64,000 nt of DNA, from the NCBI RefSeq assembly GCF_988243305.1, contig NZ_OZ547136.1. One strand, written 5' to 3'. The notes beneath the pieces are model-generated. The model was given only the letters and a program-made list of their open reading frames with translations. It did not search any database and was not told where the DNA came from. Below are positions 9,273 to 20,070 of the stretch, in pieces (position 1 is the first letter of the stretch; every line of letters starts with the position of its first letter). The position numbers and the translations under genes were made by a program.

Positions 9273-9839
9273 TCAGAAGTGAGGGTTACGAGGACGCCCT
9301 GCAGCAGGACGTTCAGGAACTTCATTGCAGCCGTAGGCACACAGCCCGTCTTTTTGCTCTTCTTTTGCCAGATAATGCAGGGCACCGCGAATATTATCGA
9401 TGCTTTCAGGATCGTTGTGGCGCACAGGAATGTTGATGTTGTATGTATAATGCGGCTGATATGTACAGCGGTGTGCCGAACCGCTGTTATGTGTAATAGA
9501 CCGCCAGCATTCCGTAATCCGCTCCGCAAAGGGATATATTTTTTTAACCCTCTGACGATCGATCCACAAAACCGCATGCGCATGAAAACCATGATCAGCC
9601 GTCCATTCAATCACCCAGAAGAAACCAACGATATTTTCAAATTGTTCCACCTGCTCCAGCAGCATACGCAACTGCAATTCAAGCCAGCGATGATCAGGTT
9701 GTAAGAAATCGGGCGTATCTTTCCTGTAGAAGAAATCCATCCGTAAGGCCCGCAGGCAGGAATAGCGTGCCATCATTTGATTGATGTGATTGTCAAGTAA
9801 AGCGGTAAAAAACCAGTTTGGTGTGTAAGATTTAGGCAT
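9273..9839 (-). CDS. YfjJ/YagK-like (inovirus Gp2 family) island protein
   Basis: 188 aa; HxH motif (FHAHAVLWIDRQ) as in Gp2-like proteins; adjacent paralogue at 8440-9015. Confidence 0.45.
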   Translation of the reverse strand: MPKSYTPNWFFTALLDNHINQMMARYSCLRALRMDFFYRKDTPDFLQPDHRWLELQLRMLLEQVEQFENIVGFFWVIEWTADHGFHAHAVLWIDRQRVKKIYPFAERITECWRSITHNSGSAHRCTYQPHYTYNINIPVRHNDPESIDNIRGALHYLAKEEQKDGLCAYGCNEVPERPAAGRPRNPHF

Positions 9840-10671
9840 GTTGATGACTCCTGAAAGTTAATGATGTTTTAAGCTCTGTGAACGAATTAATGCTTTCGCT
9901 CATAACGGTAATAACTTACAGATGGTATTTATCAGGCATGCTGTAGCAGAATGGATACGACGGGTTATTAACGATACGCAGCATTATGCAGAAAGAAATG
10001 GATTATCTGATGGTATTAGCTAAAGAGATGAGATAAACGAGGAGTAAAGAAAATACAGACTCAATAAAACATCACGAAATACTGTAAAATACGAGCTAAA
10101 ACCCCACTACCTGGAGATTAAGAAACATATTGCGACCAATCACATCATAAACTACAAACTTGCTCTCAGTGAGTCTGCAAAAACGTGTACAAGGCCAACA
10201 CATATCTGTAACCTGATAAAATCATACACTCTCATTTAATCTGTTAAAAACAACTCACTTCAAAACATGAGCGTTAACGGGTACACGGTACCAGAATAAA
10301 ATATACCATGGATGGATAATTTTCATTTTGTTTAACATACAAGATAATCAGAAACGAACAAATATAATCAGGAATTCACTCTGTTAATTTCATTGTTTAT
10401 CCTGCGCTGTTAAACATGACGAAATCATGGATACCTTATCAAAGAGTAAACATCCAGTTAATCAGTGATGACAGAAGTATTGATATTTACCAGAATAGTT
10501 AAAACACTTCAGGTCAACAACAATCATCGTTAAGTCAATACAGTTCATTATGGATAATGACTAAAATCAATTGCTGTTTCAGTGAAGACTGATAACAGGT
10601 AGATATTAGCAACAACGTAGTAAAATAACTTATCTGAGTATCGTATGAATTACAGTAGTTATGATTGAATG

Positions 10672-10721
10672 AAGGAGAAGGTGGAGAAGGTGGAGAAGGT
10701 GGAGAAGGTGGAGAAGGTGGA
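10672..10721. repeat. Tandem repeat, 9-bp unit GTGGAGAAG, about 5.5 copies
   Basis: Direct read: (g/a)aggagaag then gtggagaag x4 then gtgga; embedded in a purine-rich plus strand within a 1.3 kb AT-rich non-coding region. Confidence 0.9.
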
Positions 10722-11157
10722 TACCATGATAATGGTGGCAATGAAGATTAGACAAGGAAGGGAGTAAGTATAATCGGGTGAGGGTCAGAGTAATGGAATG
10801 AGTAAAGATAGAGAGTAAGTAAAAACAGAGTGAATAAAGACAAAGTGAATATAATTATAGTAATAAACCTAAATTAAAAATACTTGCGTATAATGGAAAG
10901 AAATAAGAATTAAGAATAGCGTATGAGTCGTAGTCATGACCTGGCTACAAAAAGTCATTCCATCTGGCTGTCATTCAGACACACTCCCCAAACATTCGAC
11001 TACAAAGTACTAACAGAAAATTAACTGATGTATTATTCTTCTGCCCTGAATGAACATCCGGAAGTATAATCTCCCCTAGCTTCACGTTCACCGGGAAAAA
11101 CGAAGCTATTTACTTTGATGATCGCTGACGAAAAACCGAACAGGCAGTTGCATAATC

Positions 11158-12252
11158 ATGGACAACAGAGAAAAAGAGATACTCAGGATCCTGCGTCACA
11201 ACCCACTGATCCAGCAGAATGAAATTGCTGAGATTTTACAAATCAGTCGGTCGCGTGTTGCTGCACACATTATGGATCTGATGCGCAAAGGTGCGATTAA
11301 AGGGAAAGGCTACATCCTGACAGAACAGGAATACTGTGTTGTTCTTGGGGCGATTAACATGGATATCCGTGGGGTGGCGGATATCCATTATCCACAGAAA
11401 TCCTCCAGTCCGGGCAGTATTTACTGCTCTGCCGGAGGTGTCGGACGCAACATCGCCCATAATCTCGCCCTTCTGGGCCGCAATGTGCATCTGATATCTG
11501 CTGTAGGCAATGATTTTTATGGCGAAACATTACTGGAGCAGACCCGCCTGGCCGGCGTTAATGTCACCAATTGTATTCGACTGAACGGACAAAATACTTC
11601 AACTTATGTCTCCATCGCCGACCTACAGGCAGAAACAGTGATGGCGATTAATGATACCCATATTCTGCAACAACTGACGCCGCAGTTGCTGGACGCCTCA
11701 CGTATGTTAATCCGTCACGCTGGCGTGGTGCTGGCTGACTGTAATCTGACACCTGCCGCCCTTGAATGGATCTTTACGGTCGCTGACGGCATTCCCGTTT
11801 TTATTGATACAGTGTCGAAATTTAAGGCTGTTAATGTAAAAAACTGGCTTCCGCATATCCATACCCTGAAACCCACACAAAAAGAACTGGAGATATTATG
11901 GGGTTCCCCTGTCAACAATGAGACCGATCTACTCACCGCAGTGAACGCACTACATCAGCAGGGTGTGCAACAGATTTTTGTCTGGATGGGAGATGAATCC
12001 GTTTTCTGTAGCCAAAGAGAGGGAGAACAATTTCTGCTCACACCGCCCGTTCATGCCGTTGTGGACAGCTTTGGTGCAGATGATGGCTTTATGGCAGGTC
12101 TGCTTTACAGTTTTCTGGAAGGAAGTAGTTTCCAGGAAAGTGCTCACTTTGCGATGGCATGTGCAGCACTGTCACGTGCCAGCACCAGCATCAATAACCC
12201 AACACTTTCCGTTAATAACGCGCAATATCTGTTAAAAACATCCCGGGGGTAA
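11158..12252 (+). CDS. YeiI-like protein: N-terminal winged-helix HTH fused to a PfkB-family sugar kinase domain
   Basis: 364 aa; N-terminal HTH (ILRILRHNPLIQQNEIAEILQISRSRVAAHI), PfkB motifs (GGVGRNIAHNLALLG; DSFGADDGFMAG). Confidence 0.65.
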   Translation: MDNREKEILRILRHNPLIQQNEIAEILQISRSRVAAHIMDLMRKGAIKGKGYILTEQEYCVVLGAINMDIRGVADIHYPQKSSSPGSIYCSAGGVGRNIAHNLALLGRNVHLISAVGNDFYGETLLEQTRLAGVNVTNCIRLNGQNTSTYVSIADLQAETVMAINDTHILQQLTPQLLDASRMLIRHAGVVLADCNLTPAALEWIFTVADGIPVFIDTVSKFKAVNVKNWLPHIHTLKPTQKELEILWGSPVNNETDLLTAVNALHQQGVQQIFVWMGDESVFCSQREGEQFLLTPPVHAVVDSFGADDGFMAGLLYSFLEGSSFQESAHFAMACAALSRASTSINNPTLSVNNAQYLLKTSRG

Positions 12253-12270
12253 CACCCGGGATTGTATTTT

Positions 12271-13521
12271 TTATGCCAGCCCAATGAAAAAACCAGCGAT
12301 AGTCGCACTCATCAGGTTTGACAGGGTGGCCGCCGCCAGTGCACGCATGCCCAGTTGTGCAATTTCAGGTGCACGCTGAGGTGATATGGCTGAAAAGGCA
12401 CCCACCACCACACCAATGGAGCCAAAGTTGGCAAAACCACACAGTGCAAAAGAAATAATTGCGGTGGTTTTCACATCAAGCGTACTGCCTGGCTGTAAAT
12501 AGGGTGAAAGATTGAGATAAGCAACAAATTCGTTAATTGCCAGCTTCTGACCAATCAGACTTCCTGCCAGTGAAGCATCCGCCCAGTCAACGCCCATGAT
12601 CCACGCAAGGGGAGCCAAAATCCAGCCGAAAATGCCCTCAAGGGTAATATTACCATAACCAAACCAGCCTCCGATACCACCGATTATACCGTTAATCAGA
12701 GCAATAATAGCAACAAAGGTCATCACTACCGTTGCAACTCCGACAGCGATTTTCAACCCGGTCATCGCCCCGCTGGCCACTGCTTCAATAACACTTTTGG
12801 GAGGAGTATCAGTGAAAGAAAGATTTTCAAAAGTGACTTTTGATTCTTCTGTGGCCGGACTCAGAATACGGGCAAAAAGGATCCCCCCCGGGATCGCCAT
12901 CAACGACGCCGCCAGCAAATAGTCAATCGGAACCCCCATCCCGGCATAGCCGATCATCATTGAACCGGCAATCGAAGCCATCCCACTGCAGATGACAGTA
13001 AATAATTCATTACGATTCAGACGATTAATAAACGGTTTTACAATTGCCGGGATCTCGTTTTGCCCCAGGAAAATTGTCGTTACTGCCACAAATGACTCAA
13101 CTTTACTTATGTTCAGAGCTTTCTGAAAAATCCCCCCCAGAATACGGATAAGCCCCCCCATCACTCTGATGTAGTACAGCAGACTGATAAGCGCTGTAAC
13201 AAAAATGATGGCAGGAAGTACACGGAAGGCGAAGATAAAACCCGCCCCATCGAACAGTACGTCCATTTTGTCCCCTACCAGAGAGCCAAAAATAAAGGCA
13301 CTGCCCGCATCACTGTAAGACATAATTTTATGTACGCCCAGTGCAGCCTGTTCAACCAGCCATTTCCCCGGGGGGAAATAGAGCATGATCCCACCAATCG
13401 CGATTTGAAGAACCAGTGCAGCTCCTGTGGTACGTAAACTGATACGTTTTTTATTCACTGATAGTAGAAATGCAATTATCAGCAATACTGCCATTCCCAC
13501 TATACTTCTCATGATGTCCAT
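12271..13521 (-). CDS. psuT: NupC-family nucleoside transporter (PsuT/YeiM-like)
   Basis: 416 aa polytopic membrane protein with NupC-like sequence; position next to psuG/psuK. Confidence 0.65.
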   Translation of the reverse strand: MDIMRSIVGMAVLLIIAFLLSVNKKRISLRTTGAALVLQIAIGGIMLYFPPGKWLVEQAALGVHKIMSYSDAGSAFIFGSLVGDKMDVLFDGAGFIFAFRVLPAIIFVTALISLLYYIRVMGGLIRILGGIFQKALNISKVESFVAVTTIFLGQNEIPAIVKPFINRLNRNELFTVICSGMASIAGSMMIGYAGMGVPIDYLLAASLMAIPGGILFARILSPATEESKVTFENLSFTDTPPKSVIEAVASGAMTGLKIAVGVATVVMTFVAIIALINGIIGGIGGWFGYGNITLEGIFGWILAPLAWIMGVDWADASLAGSLIGQKLAINEFVAYLNLSPYLQPGSTLDVKTTAIISFALCGFANFGSIGVVVGAFSAISPQRAPEIAQLGMRALAAATLSNLMSATIAGFFIGLA

Positions 13522-13604
13522 AATGCTCTCCCCTTATACCTGAACCAGACACGGAATCTGGTTCAGGTAATTTCGGGCGACCTCACACTGCCCGTTCATT
13601 TATA

Positions 13605-14540
13605 TCAGACAATTTGTTGATATTCTTTTGCTATCTCACAGGCCAGAACTGCGTTGTTGAATACCAGCTGAATATTTGATTTCAGACTGTCACCACCGGT
13701 TAATTCTGCCACCCGTGCCAGCAGGAACGGTGTGCTTTCTTTACCGGTAATGCCCTGCACTTCCGCTTCTTTTACGGCCTGGTCAATTGCTGCATTAATT
13801 TTCTCTTCCGCCATGGCGTAAGCTTCCGGAATCGGATTGGCAACAACCAGACCACCGTTCAGGCCGGTTTGCCATTTCACTGCCATCGCGCGGGCAATCT
13901 CTTTTGCACTGTCCAGACGTATACTGACCTCAAACGGACTGGTGCGGCAAAAAAATGCCGGCAATGATCTTGTCTGATAGCCAATTAAAGGTACACCAAA
14001 TGTTTCTAAATATTCCGTGGTTAACCCTAAATCGAGAATGGATTTCGCGCCTGCACAAACCACGGTGACATTAGTATGTGCCAGTTCCTGTAGGTCGGCT
14101 GAAATATCAAAAGTGTGTTCTGCACCGCGATGAACGCCGCCAATTCCTCCTGTGGCAAAAACTTTAATTCCGGCAAGAGCAGCAATAATCATGGTTGAAG
14201 CTACCGTTGTTGCACCATGTTTTCCTTCAGCAATAACGAAAGGTAAATCCCGGCGACTGACTTTGGTAACGTTATGTCCTTCGCGACCCAGTAATTCAAT
14301 CTCATCTTTACTTAACCCGACTTTCATTACACCGCCAATAACGGCAATGGTGGCTGGTACTGCTCCGTGTTTACGTATAGTTTCTTCGACTTCAATAGCC
14401 GTCTGAGCATTCTGAGGAAAAGGCATACCATGTGAGATAATTGTTGACTCGAGAGCAACAACAGGTTTTTTACTGTTAATGGCATCCTGTACTTCCGGTG
14501 AAATTTGCAGTAATTCAGAAGAAATGGTTATTTCAGACAT
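13605..14540 (-). CDS. psuG: Pseudouridine-5'-phosphate glycosidase (PsuG/YeiN, IndA-like)
   Basis: 311 aa; close to E. coli YeiN by memory (…VVALESTIISHGMPFPQN…GGIGGVHRG…). Confidence 0.7.
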   Translation of the reverse strand: MSEITISSELLQISPEVQDAINSKKPVVALESTIISHGMPFPQNAQTAIEVEETIRKHGAVPATIAVIGGVMKVGLSKDEIELLGREGHNVTKVSRRDLPFVIAEGKHGATTVASTMIIAALAGIKVFATGGIGGVHRGAEHTFDISADLQELAHTNVTVVCAGAKSILDLGLTTEYLETFGVPLIGYQTRSLPAFFCRTSPFEVSIRLDSAKEIARAMAVKWQTGLNGGLVVANPIPEAYAMAEEKINAAIDQAVKEAEVQGITGKESTPFLLARVAELTGGDSLKSNIQLVFNNAVLACEIAKEYQQIV

Positions 14541-15468
14541 TCTGTTTCTCCACTAAGCTTTTAACGTTAGCAACAGATAATTCAGGATTATTGGTATACT
14601 CACTGGCCAGCGCCATTGATGAACACCCCTGTGCAAATCGAATGGAATCAATAAATGGCATATTATCAACCCAGCAGGAAGCCAGCCCTGCCATCATGGC
14701 ATCCCCTGCCCCCGTAACGTTCACCACCTGTGTTTTTACTGGCGGCGACCAGCCGCTGGCTCCGTACAGTTCGCTGTAATAAACTCCATCCCCCCCCATG
14801 CTGAGCACAAGGCGATTCAGACCATGTGTATGGAACCATACCGCCACTTTTTCAGCATCATTCCGATCTGAAAGCGAAATACCACTGAGTGTTTCTGCTT
14901 CAAGCCGGTTGGGCTTGAGAGTATGAATTTGTGCTAAATGTTCACGAATTTTGACACACTTCCATGCAGATACCGGGTCAACAAATACCGGAACCTTACC
15001 TGCATTATTCAGTAGCCAGACAAGTGTTGACTCACTGATATTACAGTCTGCAACAATAACCTTCGCTCCCTGAATAAAATCAATATGCTGTGATAAAAAC
15101 TCAGCTGAAATATGTTCACTAATCGTCATGTCATTTATTGCCACCAACATTTCACCGGTTTTATCGAGAAGTGATAAATAACTTGAGGTATTTTCTCCAT
15201 TAACAATCAGACATTTATCAACATTAACGCCGGACTGAGTCGTTTGTGCTAATAATGATTGCCCGTAGAAATCATCTCCCACAGCTGACATCAGCCATGA
15301 GTTTTTACCCAGCAGAGCAAGATTATGTGCAATATTACGCCCCACACCTCCGGGCGTGAATTTAATCTTCCCCGGGTTAGAATCAGCATAATTTAAGGAG
15401 GCATACGAATATCCGGCTATATCTATATTGGCAGAGCCAATTGTGATGATGTATTCCTTATCACACAT
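14533..15468 (-). CDS. psuK: Pseudouridine kinase (PsuK/YeiC, PfkB family)
   Basis: 311 aa from MCDKEY with RBS aggag; PfkB motifs GGVGRNIAHNLALLG and GAGDAMMAG; overlaps psuG start by 8 nt. Confidence 0.7.
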   Translation of the reverse strand: MCDKEYIITIGSANIDIAGYSYASLNYADSNPGKIKFTPGGVGRNIAHNLALLGKNSWLMSAVGDDFYGQSLLAQTTQSGVNVDKCLIVNGENTSSYLSLLDKTGEMLVAINDMTISEHISAEFLSQHIDFIQGAKVIVADCNISESTLVWLLNNAGKVPVFVDPVSAWKCVKIREHLAQIHTLKPNRLEAETLSGISLSDRNDAEKVAVWFHTHGLNRLVLSMGGDGVYYSELYGASGWSPPVKTQVVNVTGAGDAMMAGLASCWVDNMPFIDSIRFAQGCSSMALASEYTNNPELSVANVKSLVEKQNV

Positions 15469-16003
15469 GGCACATCTCCTGACATTTAAAAACACAAAAA
15501 TAATAAATCTGTATTTCTATTCGACCACGCAGATAGAGTTGAACATATATTCAAAATCAAACATGTGTTCACTTTATGCCTGTTTTTAGAAATGTAAATA
15601 CCAGTCCAGAATCAAAAAGTGAAAAATGAAAACAGGATCACAATTTTTATCGTTAATCCATGTTGTCCTTATCCGGTTTTATGGCGTTGCCCTGTTTCAT
15701 CAGGTTATTTGCATGAACGGAATAAATACCGGAGATGACAGGAAACACCATAAGATATTCAGGATGTTACGATGAATTTCATGAGGATCGCTAAAAATGA
15801 GCCTGTTTAATAATTTTATGCAAACACCTTATACCAGGGCTTCCCTTCGGAGATATCAATGACCCCGACAGCGCTCTCACTGCCCTGGTTGCTGGTTTCC
15901 GATATCCTCTTAACTTGCAGGCTCATCCCGCATTTCACTCATGGTGAATAAGGCACATAATGGTCTGGAGTCAATTCTGGCTTACGATTTGTAAATATAA
16001 TAA

Positions 16004-16456
16004 TTAAAGCGTTCTCAAAAGTCTGGCTGGATTACCGGCATACACGCCTTTTACCAGCACGGGCTTTGTAACCACACTACCAGCCCCAATCACTGCTCCA
16101 CTGCAAATTTCTGTTGTTAAAATAGTCGCTCCGCTACCCACTGTTACAGTGTTACCTAATACGATACGTATCCAGCTTTCTGCAGAGGCATCGGGACCAC
16201 CACACTTAAAAAGATCATTAGCAAAAGTTACGCCATGACCGATGAAACAGCCATCACCTAAAATGACGTTCTCACAGATGAAACTGTGGGACTGAATTCG
16301 GCTCCGCTTGCCAATGATGCATCCCTTCTGTATTTCCACAAAGGGACCGATAAAAACATCATCCCCCAGTTCACATTCATAGAGGTTTACTGGCATGACG
16401 ACTTTCACATTTTCACCAAATTTCACATCACGAATGCCGCTGTTAATAACGTGCAT
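16004..16456 (-). CDS. Hexapeptide-repeat (left-handed beta-helix) acyl/acetyltransferase
   Basis: 150 aa with repeated [LIV]G-x-x-x-x hexapeptides (IGKRSRIQSHSFICENVILGDGCFIGHGVTFAND...VTVGSGATIL). Confidence 0.55.
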   Translation of the reverse strand: MHVINSGIRDVKFGENVKVVMPVNLYECELGDDVFIGPFVEIQKGCIIGKRSRIQSHSFICENVILGDGCFIGHGVTFANDLFKCGGPDASAESWIRIVLGNTVTVGSGATILTTEICSGAVIGAGSVVTKPVLVKGVYAGNPARLLRTL

Positions 16457-16976
16457 ATCCGTTGTATCCTCCCTCAGGATGATTCTTATCAGAACATTTC
16501 ACCTGTCAGAATATTCCCGGTAATGCGATACAAGATCCTGTCTCACCGGGTACCACGTGTTATTGCCCGTATCCTTTTGCCCGTTACGAGTGTACAACCG
16601 GTTTTGTATTTTGCAATCCAGGCCTGTTACACCAGAGCATCCTCCCACTGCCCCCTCACTGCTCAGTCCGGGATTCAAAGTCATCTTCCAGCACTAAACC
16701 TCATACCAGTTCTGAACCTTCCCTCGCCAGCAGTCAGGATCGTACGGTTCACCACTATCCTCTTCCGTGAATGGCAGTAAGTGAGCAGCACCAAAATAAA
16801 TCGGTACTTCCAATGACAGACAGTGAAAGTGTAAGGGGAAATATGAACATGAGAATGGAAGCAGATAAAAATACCGTTTCATGACTTCAGGGCGATTATC
16901 AGAAAACGAGCTAAGGGCGTCAGCCAACGTCCTGACCGTGGTATACGCTCAGGCACCGGATGCTGTTTTACCGGGT

Positions 16977-17708
16977 TCACCTGCCATCCAGTAGACGCCC
17001 CGGCCCACGACTGCAACCATAATTACGTTGCCCGGAACCGTCATGCTGCTTCGTCTCATATTTCACGAGATAACTGGCTCTGTTCCGGGCTTTCTGCAGC
17101 GCTTCCACATCACCACGCTTGATCCAGAGCACAGCGGCTTCACCTGGCTTTTTGTCTGAAGCCTTCCTGGTATCAGAACATCCACCCGACAAAGGCGTGT
17201 CATCGGAAGAAGGGCGAGCATCAGACGATGTCGGTTTACGGGAAGGCGTCCACCTGGAAAAATGGACCAGGCCATCGCCTTGCCAGGGCTCAAGATGCAG
17301 GGCGCTGCACCATGCCTCCTGGATCATCGTCGCCAGCGAAGACGGTTCGCTGAAATCCCCGAGCGAGCACCAGGTATCTTTGTTGAGCAGTAATATCACG
17401 TGATAATGTTTCCTGCCATACATCTTGCCGAACTCCCGGCACCAGAAATAACGCAGGCTGGTTGCATGCACACGCTGATTGGCCCATCTTTTTTTCCGCT
17501 GGTAAGCCTGAATTTTGGCTTTCAGGGATGCGAAAAAACGGGAAATCACCGCTGAATCCGGATCGGGATCCATGATGGTGACAGGCATATACTCAGGGAA
17601 ACGTAAATCCACCCGGATTAACGAGACGGCACGGTGTTGCACCAGGGCACTGTTGAGAATACTTTCAAAACGGGATAACCAGTAATCATTGTGTATTGGT
17701 TGATTCAT
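16977..17708 (-). CDS. YfjJ/YagK-like (inovirus Gp2 family) island protein, third paralogue
   Basis: 243 aa; HYHVILLLNKDTW motif; resembles the proteins at 8440 and 9273. Confidence 0.45.
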   Translation of the reverse strand: MNQPIHNDYWLSRFESILNSALVQHRAVSLIRVDLRFPEYMPVTIMDPDPDSAVISRFFASLKAKIQAYQRKKRWANQRVHATSLRYFWCREFGKMYGRKHYHVILLLNKDTWCSLGDFSEPSSLATMIQEAWCSALHLEPWQGDGLVHFSRWTPSRKPTSSDARPSSDDTPLSGGCSDTRKASDKKPGEAAVLWIKRGDVEALQKARNRASYLVKYETKQHDGSGQRNYGCSRGPGRLLDGR

Positions 17709-18377
17709 GATGAGAGATCTCCGTTGATTTGGATTGACTTCACATCATTAATCACTGCGGTAAAACTTTACGGCATCCCGCCATTGAGCAACGCCAATGG
17801 CTCCTGATTAAAACAGAATGAATCGTCCCGTAACGAAAAGATAATCCTGCACACGACAGCAAAACGTAAAACAACAGCATGAATGAGCTAAATGTCTAAA
17901 GAAAAACTGCCTTTTCACATTATTTTTCAGCGAGTAATCATACCAGCATCCCTAACATACGAAATCGCATCGTGATCGATCGCTGATTCGCCGAACAACT
18001 GATCGAATACACCGGAATCTGCACTAACATCCTGATGGGTAACGGAAGACTAAAAAACCAGTGTTCTATTGATTGCACGGAATGCCTGTGCGCTGGCCTG
18101 ACCAGTAAGCACAATTCTACGAGTAGTAAGATATCTACTCCAAAACCATGCGCAGTAGCCACCATATGTTGCCAGGGTGAAAAATAAGCTCAGAGCTATA
18201 GGGGAGTAATTCCCGTTAATGTCATCGCCGTACCTCAATCAGCTCACAAACTGGCTGAAACGTTAAGCTGAGGCCTTTATTCTTCAGATGTATTTTCCGG
18301 TTTACCTGTAAATTATCTTCTGATATTTATCACATTAGTAATTGTGCTGATTATCTACATACTTCAAGGTCTGAAAT

Positions 18378-18908
18378 ATGAAGCTAACAGAAGAAAGTCT
18401 GAATCTAGTCATTGACATCCTGAATGATTTGATCTGTGAAGGAAAAATGCTGAACGATGTGGAGCGCAGATCTCTGCTCAATGCAGTTATGGCAATTACA
18501 GCGGTAAAAGAACGTTCTGTCGTATCTGTATCATCCCGAAAAGAGCAAAGTAAGAAGGAGAAGAAGGAAAGAGAGATCGATCCTCGTTTCCCAAATGCTG
18601 GTGTGGCATGGAATGAGGCAGACGAGAGTTTATTGCGAGATGTTCTGGAGGATGTACCGGACGATGAAATTGGTAAACACCTTTTCTGGCTAGCAGAGAA
18701 ACTAGGGCGAACCCCGTACAGTGTAGCCTGTAAAGTCAGACAAATTAAGAAATTACCTGCAGAATGGAAGGATCAATTTCGTAAAATCTCTGACAGGATC
18801 CGTAGTTCTGGAATGTCAGTCAGTGAATATCTACAACGCCAGGGACTGTTAAGCCCAGAGTCAGGGGAAGAAAACAATCCTGTCAGTCATAACAACAATG
18901 TAGCTTAA
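18378..18908 (+). CDS. Hypothetical protein, 176 aa, lysine/glutamate-rich linker
   Basis: ORF on coding-like sequence bounded by AT-rich non-coding DNA; no recognisable motif. Confidence 0.45.
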   Translation: MKLTEESLNLVIDILNDLICEGKMLNDVERRSLLNAVMAITAVKERSVVSVSSRKEQSKKEKKEREIDPRFPNAGVAWNEADESLLRDVLEDVPDDEIGKHLFWLAEKLGRTPYSVACKVRQIKKLPAEWKDQFRKISDRIRSSGMSVSEYLQRQGLLSPESGEENNPVSHNNNVA

Positions 18909-20070
18909 TCCTGAAGAAGATGAACAGTTTATACTCTTTAAACTGTTCCCTTAATTTTAGAAAAACAGTTTGTGTAAGTGCATGCTCCAACATTCTGAAG
19001 GCGTTATTTCTTACAATACATCATAATCATTGGCAGATCCTCATCTGAATCAAAACACCACAACCAATCATCACACTTTTTCTGAAAAGAGCCTTATGAT
19101 GAAGATAATCACCTTACGCTGAGAAAAAACACCAGGGCCAGTTAATCACCTTATCAATCTCGCCGTTACAAAATCATCCATAAGCCATTTAACAGTGTTA
19201 TCGCAAACTCACAGTAAATCGCATCAGGTTACCTCAATCGGATTTGAGTTAATTCACTGGGCTTTACGTAAAGATACTTTTCTCAGGTTAACGACTAAAA
19301 CACGAAAACTCAGAAAAGGTTAAACACAGGTTCAGTAAAATCGAATATCATCTTGATTGCTTAAACAGGACAGAGGGTTTTGTAGTGAGGTTAACTGATT
19401 TTAGCGATCGTAAAAAAAGGACTAACAAATTTACTAAACTGGATGTGTTTCAGACAAAGCAATGTGTACAGCAATGCTTAATGAAAATACTTGTATGATT
19501 GTCTATGAAAATGCGTGTATAACACTTAGTGAAGATATGTCTGTATAATACGTATATAGTACCATTCCCGACATTCTCAATATCTTCAGACATCCATGCA
19601 GACTGAGTGTTGATTTCAGTTTTTCACGGCCAGCATGGATCTTTACTGGTCAAAAAACAGACAGGTTTACTCTGGAATTATTTTTTTGATTCCGTCTTCA
19701 GAACAACAAAAACTCGTGATAACTCTACAACAAACTATCGTAATTGGCTTCTGTAACCCCGTCACTTTTCCTAAGAAACGTGCCCCCATATGATGCGGGA
19801 GAGATAAGTCATCGTATACAGGAAACACTGCCAATCATAATATGGCGTCATTCAGTAATTTTTATCCATAATCAGATTAGCATATCATGATTATTGAATA
19901 TTATGATATATAGCTCATATGAATGTGTTATTATCTGTAAGCGTTAAGCATCACATTGCATAACCATACTAAGCTGGCTAATCATCAACATTTTTATATG
20001 TAACTCATTGAAATTAATTATATGTTTTTTGTGAATAATTAATATGTAATGTGAAATTAATATTTTTACA

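Noticed and set aside
10672-10721. Possible CRISPR array
   Set aside because: Repeat unit is only 9 bp, strictly tandem with no spacers, and no cas genes are present.
10535-10741. ORF encoding a PPSPPSPPS repeat protein (minus strand)
   Set aside because: It is the translation of the 9-bp tandem repeat in AT-rich non-coding DNA, with no RBS or coding-like context.
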